From Balanoglossus misakiensis (Eukaryota; Animalia; Hemichordata): a DNA stretch of 64,000 nt. Positions 15,401 through 27,240 of the stretch are shown in pieces. Both the position numbers and the translations under genes were made by a program. The stretch's first letter is position 1; each line of letters opens with the position of its first letter. The DNA lies in NCBI GenBank assembly GCA_040954595.2, contig CM082591.2, forward strand, positions 396,518-460,517. The letters run 5' to 3'. The notes below the pieces were generated by a model that was not told where the DNA came from, made no database searches, and saw nothing but the letters and a program-made list of their open reading frames with translations.

Positions 15401-18136
15401 ATGATTTTTTCGAAAAAATGAAGAAATTTTGATATTTCGCAAAGTCGAAAAATTGTCAATTTTGGATGATTTTCATGAGCTATAACCCATGATTTTTATC
15501 AAAAATCGAAGAAATTTTGAAATTTCGGGAAGTCGAAAAATTGTCATTTTTGGATGATTTTCATGAGCTATAACCCATGATTTTTATCAAAAATCGAAGA
15601 AATTTTGAAATTTCGGGAAGTCGAAAAATTGTCATTTTTGGATGATTTTCATGAGCTATAACCCATGATTTTTATCAAAAATCGAAGAAATTTTGATATT
15701 TCGGGAAGTCGAAAAATTGTAATTTTTGGATGATTTTCATGAGCTATAACCCATGATTTTTATCAAAAATCGAAGAAATTTTGAAATTTCGGGAAGTCGA
15801 AAAATTGTCATTTTTGGATGATTTTCATGAGCTATAACCCATGATTTTTATCAAAAATCGAAGAAATTTTGATATTTCGGGAAGTCGAAAAATTGTCAAT
15901 TTTGGATGATTTTCATGAGCTATAACCCATGATTTTTATCAAAAATCAACGAAATTTTGATATTTCGGGAAGTCGAAAAATTGTCATTTTTGGATGATTT
16001 TCATGAGCTATAACCCATGATTTTTATCAAAAATCGAAGAAATTTTGATATTTCGGGAAGTCGAAAAATTGTCATTTTTGGATGATTTTCATGAGCTATA
16101 ACCCATGATTTTTATCAAAAATCGAAGAAATTTTGAAATTTCGGGAAGTCGAAAAATTGTCATTTTTGGATGATTTTCATGAGCTATAACCCATGATTTT
16201 TATCAAAAATCGAAGAAATTTTGAAATTTCGGGAAGTCGAAAAATTGTCATTTTTGGATGATTTTCATGTGCTATAACCCATGATTTTTATCAAAAATCG
16301 AAGAAATTTTGAAATTCCGCAAAGTCGAAAAATTCTCATTTTGGAATGATTTTCATGAGCTATAACCCATGATTTTTATCAAAAATCGAAGAAATTTTGA
16401 AATTTCGGGAAGTCGAAAAATTGTCATTTTTGGATGATTTTCATGAGCTATAACCCATGATTTTTATCAAAAATCGAAGAAATTTTGAAATTTCGGGAAG
16501 TCGAAAAATTGTCATTTTTGGATGATTTTCATGAGCTATAACCCATGATTTTTATCAAAAATCGAAGAAATTTTGATATTTCGGGAAGTCGAAAAATTGT
16601 CATTTTTGGATGATTTTCATGAGCTATAACCCATGATTTTTATCAAAAATCGAAAAAATTTTGAAATTTCGGGAAGTCGAAAAATTGTCATTTTTGGATG
16701 ATTTTCATGAGCTATAACCCATGATTTTTATCAAAAATCGAGGAAATTTTGATATTTCGGGAAGTCGAAAAATTGTCATTTTTGGATGATTTTCATGAGC
16801 TATAACCCATGATTTTTATGAAAAATCGAAGAAATTTTGAAATTTCGGGAAGTCGAAAAATTGTCATTTTTGGATGATTTTCATGAGCTATAACCCATGA
16901 TTTTTATCAAAAATCGAAGAAATTTTGATATTTCGGGAAGTCGAAAAATTGTCATTTTTGGATGATTTTCATGAGCTATAACCCATGATTTTTATCAAAA
17001 ATCGAAGAAATTTTGAAATTTCGGGAAGTCGAAAAATTGTCATTTTTGGATTATTTTCATGAGCTATAACCCATGATTTTTTCGAAAAAATGAAGAAATT
17101 TTGATATTTCGGGAAGTCGAAAAATTGTCAATTTTGGATGATTTTCATGAGCTATAACCCATGATTTTTATCAAAAATCGAAGAAATTTTGAAATTTCGG
17201 GAAGTCGAAAAATTGTCATTTTTGGATTATTTTCATGAGCTATAACCCATGATTTTTTCGAAAAAATGAAGAAATTTTGATATTTCGGGAAGTCGAAAAA
17301 TTGTCAATTTTGGATGATTTTCATGAGCTATAACCCATGATTTTTATCAAAAATCGAAGAAATTTTGAAATTTCGGGAAGTCGAAAAATTGTCATTTTTG
17401 GATTATTTTCATGAGCTATAACCCATGATTTTTTCGAAAAAATGAAGAAATTTTGATATTTCGGGAAGTCGAAAAATTGTCAATTTTGGATGATTTTCAT
17501 GAGCTATAACCCATGATTTTTATCAAAAATCGAAGAAATTTTGAAATTTCGGGAAGTCGAAAAATTGTCATTTTTGGATTATTTTCATGAGCTATAACCC
17601 ATGATTTTTTCGAAAAAATGAAGAAATTTTGATATTTCGGGAAGTCGAAAAATTGTCAATTTTGGATGATTTTCATGAGCTATAACCCATGATTTTTATC
17701 AAAAATCGAAGAAATTTTGAAATTTCGGGAAGTCGAAAAATTGTCATTTTTGGATTATTTTCATGAGCTATAACCCATGATTTTTTCGAAAAAATGAAGA
17801 AATTTTGATATTTCGGGAAGTCGAAAAATTGTCAATTTTGGATGATTTTCATGAGCTATAACCCATGATTTTTATCAAAAATCGAAGAAATTTTGAAATT
17901 TCGGGAAGTCGAAAAATTGTCATTTTTGGATTATTTTCATGAGCTATAACCCATGATTTTTTCGAAAAAATGAAGAAATTTTGATATTTCGGGAAGTCGA
18001 AAAATTGTCAATTTTGGATGATTTTCATGAGCTATAACCCATGATTTTTATCAAAAATCGAAGAAATTTTGAAATTTCGGGAAGTCGAAAAATTGTCATT
18101 TTTGGATGATTTTCATGAGCTATAACCCTGATTTTT
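15401..18136. repeat. Satellite array, diverged 88-bp type-B/C monomers (~31 copies), including a 176-bp higher-order dimer
   Basis: TATAACCC recurs at 15481 and 15569 (88 bp). Type B differs from type A by about 8 substitutions and 1 insertion (ATCAAAAATCGAAG, TTTCGGGAAG, AATTGTC). The marker GGATTATTTT recurs every 176 bp at 17048, 17224, 17400, 17576, 17752 and 17928. Confidence 0.97.
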
Positions 18137-18258
18137 GAAAAAAATCATGGGTTATAGCTCATGAAAATCATCAAAAAATGACCATTTTTCGACTTTGCGA
18201 AATCTCGAAATTTCGTCGATTTTTGAAAAAAATCATGGAAATTGTCAAAAAGTGACCA
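18130..18258 (-). repeat. Inverted satellite monomer terminating the array (fold-back junction)
   Basis: GAAAAAAATCATGGGTTATAGCTCATGAAAATCATC...AAAAAAATCATGG is the reverse complement of about 1.2 monomers. A degenerate remnant follows to ~18258. Confidence 0.95.
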
Positions 18259-21200
18259 GTGCAACATTTGGTCAGATACTCCCTTCACCGCTTACGTGGA
18301 TTTCCTTCACCGTGTTGTCTTCATCCAGACTTTAGTCGGTCTCCAGTCATTAATACCTCATCCGTGTCCATAAATTGGGTGAATCTGCCCGTTTAGTTCG
18401 ACGACATCATTTTCATTTTATCCGAATTTCACCGTCTCTTCAAACACACCGACGCCCACAAAGTAGACGGGCGGTGTCGGAGATGTGTTCCCAATTACCT
18501 GGTCTTTGTTCGACGAATTAAGGGCGAGAAAAACGCTCTGTTGTAGTAGTCATTCCATGCCTCGCAGTCACCAATAACTGCAGCTTCCGTTTTTTTTTTT
18601 GCAACCAGAGGAGCCCCCAGAGATCCACACAAAACAGGTCTCGGCGGCTTTACAACTAGGTGACCTTCCGCTGAGCAGAACGCAATTTTGGCAGTCAAGA
18701 CGGTTTGCCGATTTTATAGCTTAAAACTTGAAAATGGACATATTTTGATAACTGTGATAATCTTTACTGAGTTCGAAACTAAGATCATGAAAACGATGTG
18801 AAAAGACACCGCCTCTGACTGAGTCTCTAATGGCTCTTATGTTTTGACCCGAGTCTCCAGTCGTGATACATCCCATTCATCGTAGCACAATTTTATCGCC
18901 TAATATGTTATTATTCAATTTGGCAAAAGTATTCTATGAAGAAAAAAATAAAATCCATATATGTCAAGGGGAGATTCGTTCAAGGCTTGATTATTGTTTT
19001 CGTGACTTCAATGAAATTGTTTTCTCGCCTGTGGGACTGGTGGCATTGGTTGTCTGCATGATCAAATGAGCGTCCGATTTGCATGTAAATTGCGGAGATA
19101 TGGCTGAGTTTTTCGCGGCGCGCAAACTTCAATTTCAGTTCCATCAATAGTCAATGTAGGCGAAATCCGCCAGGATTTACTCGATGGGGGCGAAGTCACG
19201 AAGATGGGAAAGCGAGCCGAAGAGGCTGGCTTCATTTTTTATGCATAACAACCGGAGGGAGTCTTGTTTTGGGAAGAAGTCAAAGGACGAAAGCGTCGGA
19301 GTTGGTTGTCATCAAGGGAAGAAACTGATGCACTCTATCACGTAGTTCCCTCTCAACTCGTGTCACCCACCATCAGATAACATGTTTTCAATTGCCAAGG
19401 TCGAGTGTATCTTGATTTATGCCTAAGGTCACTCATTTATTCCTAATTATTCTTGCCATTTCTGGTCATTCGTGAAGGAAAGCGCCTCCCTGATTGCCTT
19501 ATCACGCAGCGGTCGTCCACTGGTCACGAAGGAGTTCAAACAAACGAGAACGACCGAGGCCTCTCTACTGTATGAATGAAGAGATAATTACAGCACAGGA
19601 TGGGAAAATAAATTGCAATATTGTTTGAGCAGTAACTGCTGGCTTCTAATTTCCCCAATAAATCCGAGATTTTACGCACTTCCTGTCCCGTCCGGACATT
19701 ATTAGCCCTCGTTTGTAAACAGTATCTTTTCCATGAGCGTTGGGTGATCGCGTTCCAGTAACGTGATAAGAATCATCAATTTTCTCCCCAATTTGTTTGA
19801 ACTTTTCGTGAACCTGACAAGCTTCGTGAGTGGTCAAAGAAATCTGTGGTATTGAAACTGACTCAAGCATGTCAAGAAGAGACGGCAGTGTTTACAAGGA
19901 ATGACAGCATAAACGGGTCAAAATCCGTCGGAAAAGGGCTCTATTATTTGTAATAAGACCTGATGCTTTAGAAACTGCTCGCTCCACAGCAAGTACTAGA
20001 CTTAATAATCATGCCTGGATAAGTATTTTATATGGAACTATCCGAATCATTTGGAATCATGTTACCAATCCCACAGACAGATTATAGAAGGATCGCTATA
20101 ATACCGGTTTTTGTACAAAAGTGTATCCTGGACAAAGTATTTGGTATCCGGCTATCCCATGATAAGGTATTGCCTATTACTAACGCTATTGGATTCCTTA
20201 ACTGCAAATGAGTTCCTAGAAACATCATCCAATTGTTGGTTCCAGCAGATTTGTAACCGAGCACTTGACACAGATTTTGAACACAGTTTTTTTATCAACT
20301 ATCAACTAGACAGACCACACAGACAGATGATATTATTTTTGTTTTCGATCAGCCATGTGATATCGTCACTCGAATACACCAGGTGTGGCATTCGCGGTAT
20401 TCAATTAATTATGCAAATTCTGACGGAAACACGATTTGGAAGGCATTTGAAAGGTCTCGTCACGACGAATTTCATCTTCATTAAGAGAATGAGAAAGAAA
20501 CCCCAAAATTGCAAGGAAATATCGGAAGGTATGCTATCAAAACACGTTGTACAGAAACAAACACATTTAGCAGGCGTTTCTGGGACCGCTTTTTTTCTGA
20601 CCCTTTTTTCGATGTTTTTTTTCTCGATAAAAATTACCAAAAGCTACGTATGTTAACTCCAATATATAAGGTGATATCGAAAATGAACGTTCTATTATAC
20701 TTGTGCAGAAATCGGTCATTTACGTCGATGTTTGATTATACACTACGTCGATATCACGTGATATTAGGGTAATCAACGACATCGTATGAAAATCAATTTG
20801 ACTTGGGTTTAAATAATATGTGCGCCTCGTATCTTTATGAAGGCTCGCACGACAATAAACCATAATTGAACATGTAAACACGTGTTTTTATGACATAGTT
20901 TTTATTTCTGACTTTAGTTGTAACTTTATAGTTGTATATATTGAAGACTGGCGGGTGATTAAGCACAGCAAAGATAGGTCGATTGTAAAACAGCCTTCAA
21001 ACAAGCAATTTTATCCAAGATTATTTTGAATCCGACACAAGAGATAAAATCAGCCTACATTACATTTCCCCGGCTTCATGCAATCCAATGCAAAATGAAC
21101 ACCAGTGTCTATTTCAGACTGAAATCAATACGTGTCGCACGTGATCTTGGAATCCCCTTTTTCCTGGGTGCATAAAACATTATTAGTGGCTTGCTCGTGT

Positions 21201-24200
21201 TTCTTGCTTATGACGAAATTTAGCCCTGCAATAAATTTTTATACGCCTCATATATAATTCGTCTGAAGTGATGGTTTCTATATCCGATGATCCTTAGTTT
21301 TAGAAAGTTGTGATCTTGAATTAGGACCAAGGTCATCATCTCATAACGTGTGTTCTCTCTAAAGAGTCGCATTTTATGCAGGATAAGACAGCTTTCCTGA
21401 TAATAAAGTATTATGACATACAGTCTCTTCTTGAGGCTTAAGTATTACTACAGAGTCAATATCAAGCCTTTGTCGTTGTGTCGATCGTTACTACATGTGA
21501 AGGAATGGGCAACTCTCCACACAGCCGTGTCACGTGAGTGTGTGGATTTGAGATCCGAAGGTCGTCAGAGGGCAGAGATGAGTATAGATATGTTGTAATA
21601 TCAGCTCCGTTGCAATTACTCTGCCAGGTATTCTTCTCATTTGCGATAAACCTGATACTTGTATGTGGATTCTCCTTGTGAACATACAACCGCAAACACG
21701 TGTGTGTTACGGGTGTCAACCCCCTCGGCAAAAAACGGTTGGGTCACATGTTTTGCACGTGACCCTACTGGGATACCAGATAAAGTGCAGCAATTTTTGT
21801 ACATCGGAGATAAAGTTTCCCGTGGTTGCATGGCTGAAAGTTGTGAGCACGTGACACGAGCGGATCAGTGAACTCGGAATTCTCAAAGCCGCCGCAGACA
21901 GCCACATTAAAAAGTTAAAAGGCCCGAGCCTATTGTTTGGTCATTGTCTCACATTCTGGAATCCATTAGTGAGAAAAGACTACGGCGAAGTTTTTATTTC
22001 GGCGGTCAGGTTAACTATTATTAATCATTGTAAACTTAGAGAAAGGTCGCCATGCCGACGAAATCGGTCGCGTTTGACTGAAATACCAACAAACTTAAAA
22101 GTGTTCATTATTGTCCAAAAGCTACGAGGCCCGTGGGTCGTATTCTACTTCCGATTAAAAGCAATTAGTCTCGATCACATAAAAATGCCAGCCTCGCCAT
22201 CATAAACGGTGTTTTATCTTTGAAATGCATGCGTTTCTGCCGCGGGGCTACCGGTATTACGCAGCCCGGATTATTCCAGCTACTGGTGTTACGCGTGGTA
22301 CAGATTCCCTAGATCTCCCGTGATGCTCGTGGACCTGTGGAGTTTAACGTCGGCAGCTGCAGCAGGTGATGATGTCTGCAGACGCTGGCGAGAAACACAC
22401 ATCTACCCTGAGAGATATAGTCTTATAAAGTTTACTTTAGATGGACTATGAAAGCAGCTCCGTAGATTCACTCAGATAAGCCACGCACCCTCTCACTCCG
22501 GGGTCTATGGATAAAAAAATGTTGCTTTACACACAGAAGTTCTGTCAAGGCCAAGTGTATCTCCAATAATCTCTGCATTGCAACAGCCATTTAAAAGCCC
22601 TTACAGACGCCGAAAATATCAAAGACAATCTAATATTGTTTCACAAATAAGCTCTTTTCAAAGACATGATAAAACAGAACCAACCAAAAACAAATACTTT
22701 GTATAACTAAAATGTTCCCACGCCTCTGTGCACTCAACTACAGAAGAAACATTGGGTCCTTTGTCGCTGTTACCAAAATGGAATTACGTTGTGTTTATTT
22801 TGGGAACAGGGACTGCAATGAATGAATAGAGGTCGGCAAAACAATGGGTACGTGATTAGACAAAGGGTATGAAAGTAGAAGTGGACATGAACTTGGCCTC
22901 AATGGGTAAACACCGTTGCCAAGTTCATGACAATCGATTGCCAGCGTGGTCGGACCCGTTTGAATCTATTGTATCAAATTAAAATCCCTTTGAAGTACAC
23001 TGCCTCAGTTTCTAGTGTCCATTAGTTGTAAAATTACTATTTTAAGTTCGAGAAGACGATTTTCGGCGGCGGTGTTACTGTGTCCAGACACATTCCCTGT
23101 CTAAAACTCTCGTCAATATATGTAATCAGTTAATTAATAAACAACCCATGATGGCCACTTCTAAAAGTTACTCTTAAAACGACACAGTATCTTCAAGCGA
23201 ATGCCATATATTAACTCCCTCACTGAAACTACAAGGGATCCATGATAATCATTTCACTCCAAGCGCTGCTTCTTATCTGTTGACGTGGCAGCGATACACT
23301 CAGACTGGGCATGTTTTCTTTTAACCTCGTTGCCGCAAATCACTGGCCTCGAAGTAAGATCTCCTTTGCTTTACACCGCGTGTCAATAGTTTTCAGGGTG
23401 TTATTATCTCCAGTGGAATATTTTCAACTCCTAAAAATCATTCAAAGGACATCACATCTTTCAAGTTGTTCACGAGTATTTTAAAAGTCGATATGTGCGG
23501 ATTTGAAAACAGAAAAACGGGTCAAAGGTCGCCATATCGATTCTTACACAGTTCGCGCATACTTGACGATTATTTAAAATGTTGGTGATAATTACTGCGG
23601 CCGTCTGTGCGCGCACCGACGGCGGCCCCGGTTGAAGGAGAACCCCTTCCAAGTTCGTGAAGTATAAAAACGTTCGTGTTACTTTCGAGGTAATCACAAC
23701 ACGTGATATCATCATAATTGCAAAGCTGTCAGTCAATCACAATTCTGTTCACGGTCAATATTTTAAATCACAGACCCTGGATGGAAGTTTACCCGGTTTA
23801 GGGTTAACAATTTGAACAGCGGTATATCAAGGGTTCTTCCATACGCCACAAATGAGATGCTGTTCAACCATAATTGTCCGGAAGAACCATATACAATAGC
23901 CTGTTGGAAATTCTTTTACCGGATTACTCAAATCGACTTTTCTCTAAACTCTCTGCCGCCTTACACGATTTTCCCCTTTTTATTCACTTGAATGCAAATA
24001 AATCTTGCGTGCGCAGAATATATTAAGCTAACTTGTGTGCTGCAGACAAAATGTTCAGGCGTGTTTACGTCATGGAAAGTCGTGTACAGGTGCAGCCGTC
24101 GAAATGCCGGAATTTACATTGGGGACAGTTTTCAGCAATAGAAGCTCATAACTCACGTTTTCACAAAATGTATAGAGCTCAGCCAAACATTCTCAGCGTC

Positions 24201-24851
24201 TTGCAAAAGTATTATAGTTGGATATTATCTGCGTGTTTACTAGGTTTTGTTTGATCACAGCATTTTTCACTCGACTGTCGTGGAGTAGACAGAGGTTGAA
24301 TATGTCACCGTTGGGCAAAAGGGCGTCGTGTTACCGCTAAGACCTCACATCATGTCCCGAAGGTTGACATATACTTCGATAGTGTTGTTTCAATTCCTCA
24401 CGCGATGGGTACGGTACTGATTAAATATCTCCAGTATTTATCATTAATGGCGAAACATTTCACATTCCTTGTTCATCAAATCTCGCCAGTGGCTATTGTT
24501 TTATTAAGGTCGCGACCCCCAGTCTAATGAATTAATAACATTACAGTTTCTGACCATCGGGGCCAAATTAATAGGCATATTTCAGGAAAAATGAACGCTA
24601 TGTTGTTATATTGTGTTCAACAATTACCGTAGGAGTGTTTGAAGCTTAAAGGGACATAAACACACTAAAAGTACACATGGCCTGTTGCGTATATCCAGTA
24701 ACGGTTAGTGTGTCATACAGTCGGATCTCTATATACCCCCATCTCTGAAGATAGAAATCTTCTTGGGTTGTCAACGATATTTTAGCGTTCGTGAATATTG
24801 ATTGGATTGTTTTGTTCAATTATACCACTGACAATAAAGTTGATTTCTTAC

Positions 24852-25047
24852 CAGATTTGCCGACACCAGCGGCTCCTAGCACTACGATGTGATAAGGTTT
24901 GCCGACTTTTCCAGATCTCTGATTTCTGGGACTCACTTTCGGACTGTTATTATTGTTCAGAGACTTCGGGTTGATGGTCTTGGTGCCAGCGCTCAGGTTC
25001 CCGTTGCTTGTGTGTGAACGCTTCAGACTGGAATTGGTAACAGGCAT
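24852..25047 (-). CDS. First coding exon of a Ras-family small GTPase (RERG/RASL-like or related); downstream exons not found in the window
   Basis: ATG at 25047, an Asn/Ser-rich N-terminal extension, then the beta1/P-loop YHIVVLGAAGVGKS followed by a phase-1 donor G|GTAAGA at 24851. Subfamily cannot be fixed from one exon. Confidence 0.75.
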
Positions 25048-25144
25048 ATTTGTCGGTCAGCTGTGTGCAGTCGGTGGACAAACAAGACAAAAATACCGTT
25101 GAAACGACTGTACACGAACTTAATGAGAGTTCTGGGATCTGTTG

Positions 25145-25216
25145 CCGTCTATAAGTAGCCGCGTATACATTTGCATCTACCTTGTAATGAAGACCGAAAG
25201 TGTACCTCCCCGCCCA
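25145..25216 (-). promoter_or_regulatory. Possible core promoter of the Ras-like gene
   Basis: TATA-like CTTATAGA (~25149-25156 on the minus strand), octamer ATTTGCAT (25169-25176) and GC box CCCGCCC (~25208-25215), all 100-170 bp upstream of the ATG. Motif match only. Confidence 0.3.
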
Positions 25217-26870
25217 CGACTATCAGTGACTTCCTTGCTCTATCCAGTCGGACGAATTGATGTTATTGTCCAGACGCTCACATCAAAGTCAGGGTCTTTC
25301 TGTTAAAACAATTCCACCAAATCCGCTCTGTTCTCGAGTTAAATGTTTTCTCGCAGCTAATCACTGAAAAGGTGTTGTTGAATAGAGAAACGCTGGTCGT
25401 TCGCACTGTGTACGGCTTTGCGAATGAAAGATTCGAGTCTGTGCACAGCAAGGCAGAGATTGAGATCCACCGCGAGCGCTCATTCAACACCGCTGTGTTG
25501 CCTTCTGTCTCCTTGAGAGAACTTTTCAGATTCCTCTCCGCGTCTGTCGTCTGCCGATAGTTCTGTTGATGAGCGATACGTTTGAGTGAACACTGCGATC
25601 TATCCGTGCCCTTCGTGCCTTTAACCAGTGAACTGACCTCGAATGAATACACACTGACTATTAGTATGCATTGACGAAACACAGTATCATCAAACAGGGC
25701 TTGTCAGTTCTTTGAAGCTGTGAGGGCGTATAATACTTGGATGTCGACGACGCTTAATCTCACGGGAGTCCTGGGATTTGAAGTCTGAAGTCCATCAACT
25801 GTGAACGACTTCTGCCTGCTTTACGATGCTCTAAATCGCGAGTCTGTAATGAGAAAAAATTCTTACATGTGAGTTGAAGGAGTCAAATAATTTGCCACTG
25901 TGTGGCAGCCAAAAACTCGGTCTACAAGCTGATATCATGACTGGATTGCGCCTTCATAAAGGTGACATTCCAACCTTCCATTCTCTGGGGAACTGAAATG
26001 AGCCAATGTCGGCTCCACAGAACAAATTGGTCCACACAGAAGCATTTGAAATAATGCCATATTACTGTAGAAAACGGTGTTCGAGTTCAACGGCCGTAAG
26101 TGGAGGTCTAAAGTAAAGAGAGACCCTCGGATTTTTGTCCAAGTCACTCTTATTTTCACGACAGGGAGGACGCCTCCACCGTCTAACAAAAACCAGTTTT
26201 TACTTCGATCAACTAAATTATCATGGATTAATATTTACATAACACGCTTGCATGAAATTTATGGTTTGTTTGGGTCTCCGTTTGTTTTTGACGAGAAATA
26301 TGGCTTTGCATCGCTGGTCCTAAATTTACTGGTCCACAGTAACGACCGTCATGAGGCACGTGAAGGCTATATTGAAGAGAATACTCTGCATTTTAATGTA
26401 CCATCTGGGGTAGTATAAGAAACTGCATTTGATATACAGAACAAAAACACTGCAAAAATAATTCCCCCTGCAATTAAACCTTTGACCTACTTTCACTGAT
26501 AAATTATTTCCCAACATTTCCCAATATCAGTAATCCTCACTCATATTAGCACAAGTCACTTCAGAGATTTTTCTCCGCCTGACGAGTAAATCTGCGCACT
26601 TAATCTAAGAATCCAATGATTAGAAAGCTGATGTGAATGTTAAAGGGGAGGGTCGTCTGGACTGCTCATGCGCGACTTTTCTATTTATTGGTCTTTTTTG
26701 CGAAAGGAGATATTTGATGGTCGGTCAAACATTTCAATTCGATGTGTTTGTCATGGTAAGAGTCAGCATAAGACACTAATATGTACAAAAAGTGTGAAAT
26801 TTGACCAAAATCGACGCGTCAACTGTTTCGCCTTCATAGCGCCCTAATCAACCAGGTCTAGATCTATTGC

Positions 26871-27240
26871 TTGTCTGTCTGCCTGTCTGTCGTCAAATTC
26901 CTGTCTCAATGGATTCTAGTCCTATTAGTCGCGTCGGACAAGATAGCAGTTGATATATTTTCAAGACGGTCATGGTAGACTGAGTCAGTTGATGGAGGAA
27001 TAGTCGATGACTTGCCAACCGCCCCAATGATTTTGTCAAGTCTCGCTTTCTCTCGGTTCCAGACATTTCCACACCAGCGAATAATGCTATAAGTCAACAC
27101 AATGTCGATTGTAGCGCGATAGTCTGAGACGCAAATCCCTTGTCTGACGGCAACATCTTAGCTTTCTGAACCAATGCATAAGTCATTCAATTTCTTTAAC
27201 AATCACGGGAACGCTAACTAGCTAAGCTGTCTAAAGTAAT
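26871..27240 (-). mobile_element. Decayed 3' fragment of a non-LTR retrotransposon ORF2 (Rex-Babar/CR1-group-like; post-RT DUF1891-type region)
   Basis: The minus strand reads ITLDS..IVKEIE*LMHWFRKLRC/VRQGICVSDYRATIDIVLTYSIIRWCGNVWNREKARLDKII...SVYHDRL..ILSDAT, resembling the 'FLRKLR..FYRATIESVLTYSI..WYGN...ILSDPTHP' consensus. It contains a stop and frameshifts, and a (GACA)n-like tail lies at 26871-26890. Confidence 0.7.

Noticed and set aside
1-18136. CRISPR-like array (conserved palindromic box plus 'spacers')
   Set aside because: The intervening segments are identical or nearly so rather than unique, there are no cas genes, and the context is eukaryotic.
20111-20656. 181-aa ORF, and the similar ORFs at 25278-25682, 43896-44405, 48239-48712 and 62669-63112
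   Set aside because: No recognisable domains or clear exon structure, and most start at non-ATG codons; some overlap promoter regions.
23797-23806. TTAGGGTTA telomere-like motif
   Set aside because: A single unit, expected by chance.
26639-26830. TTAAAGGGGAGGG start resembling a TTAA-type DNA transposon end
   Set aside because: No convincing matching opposite terminus was found.
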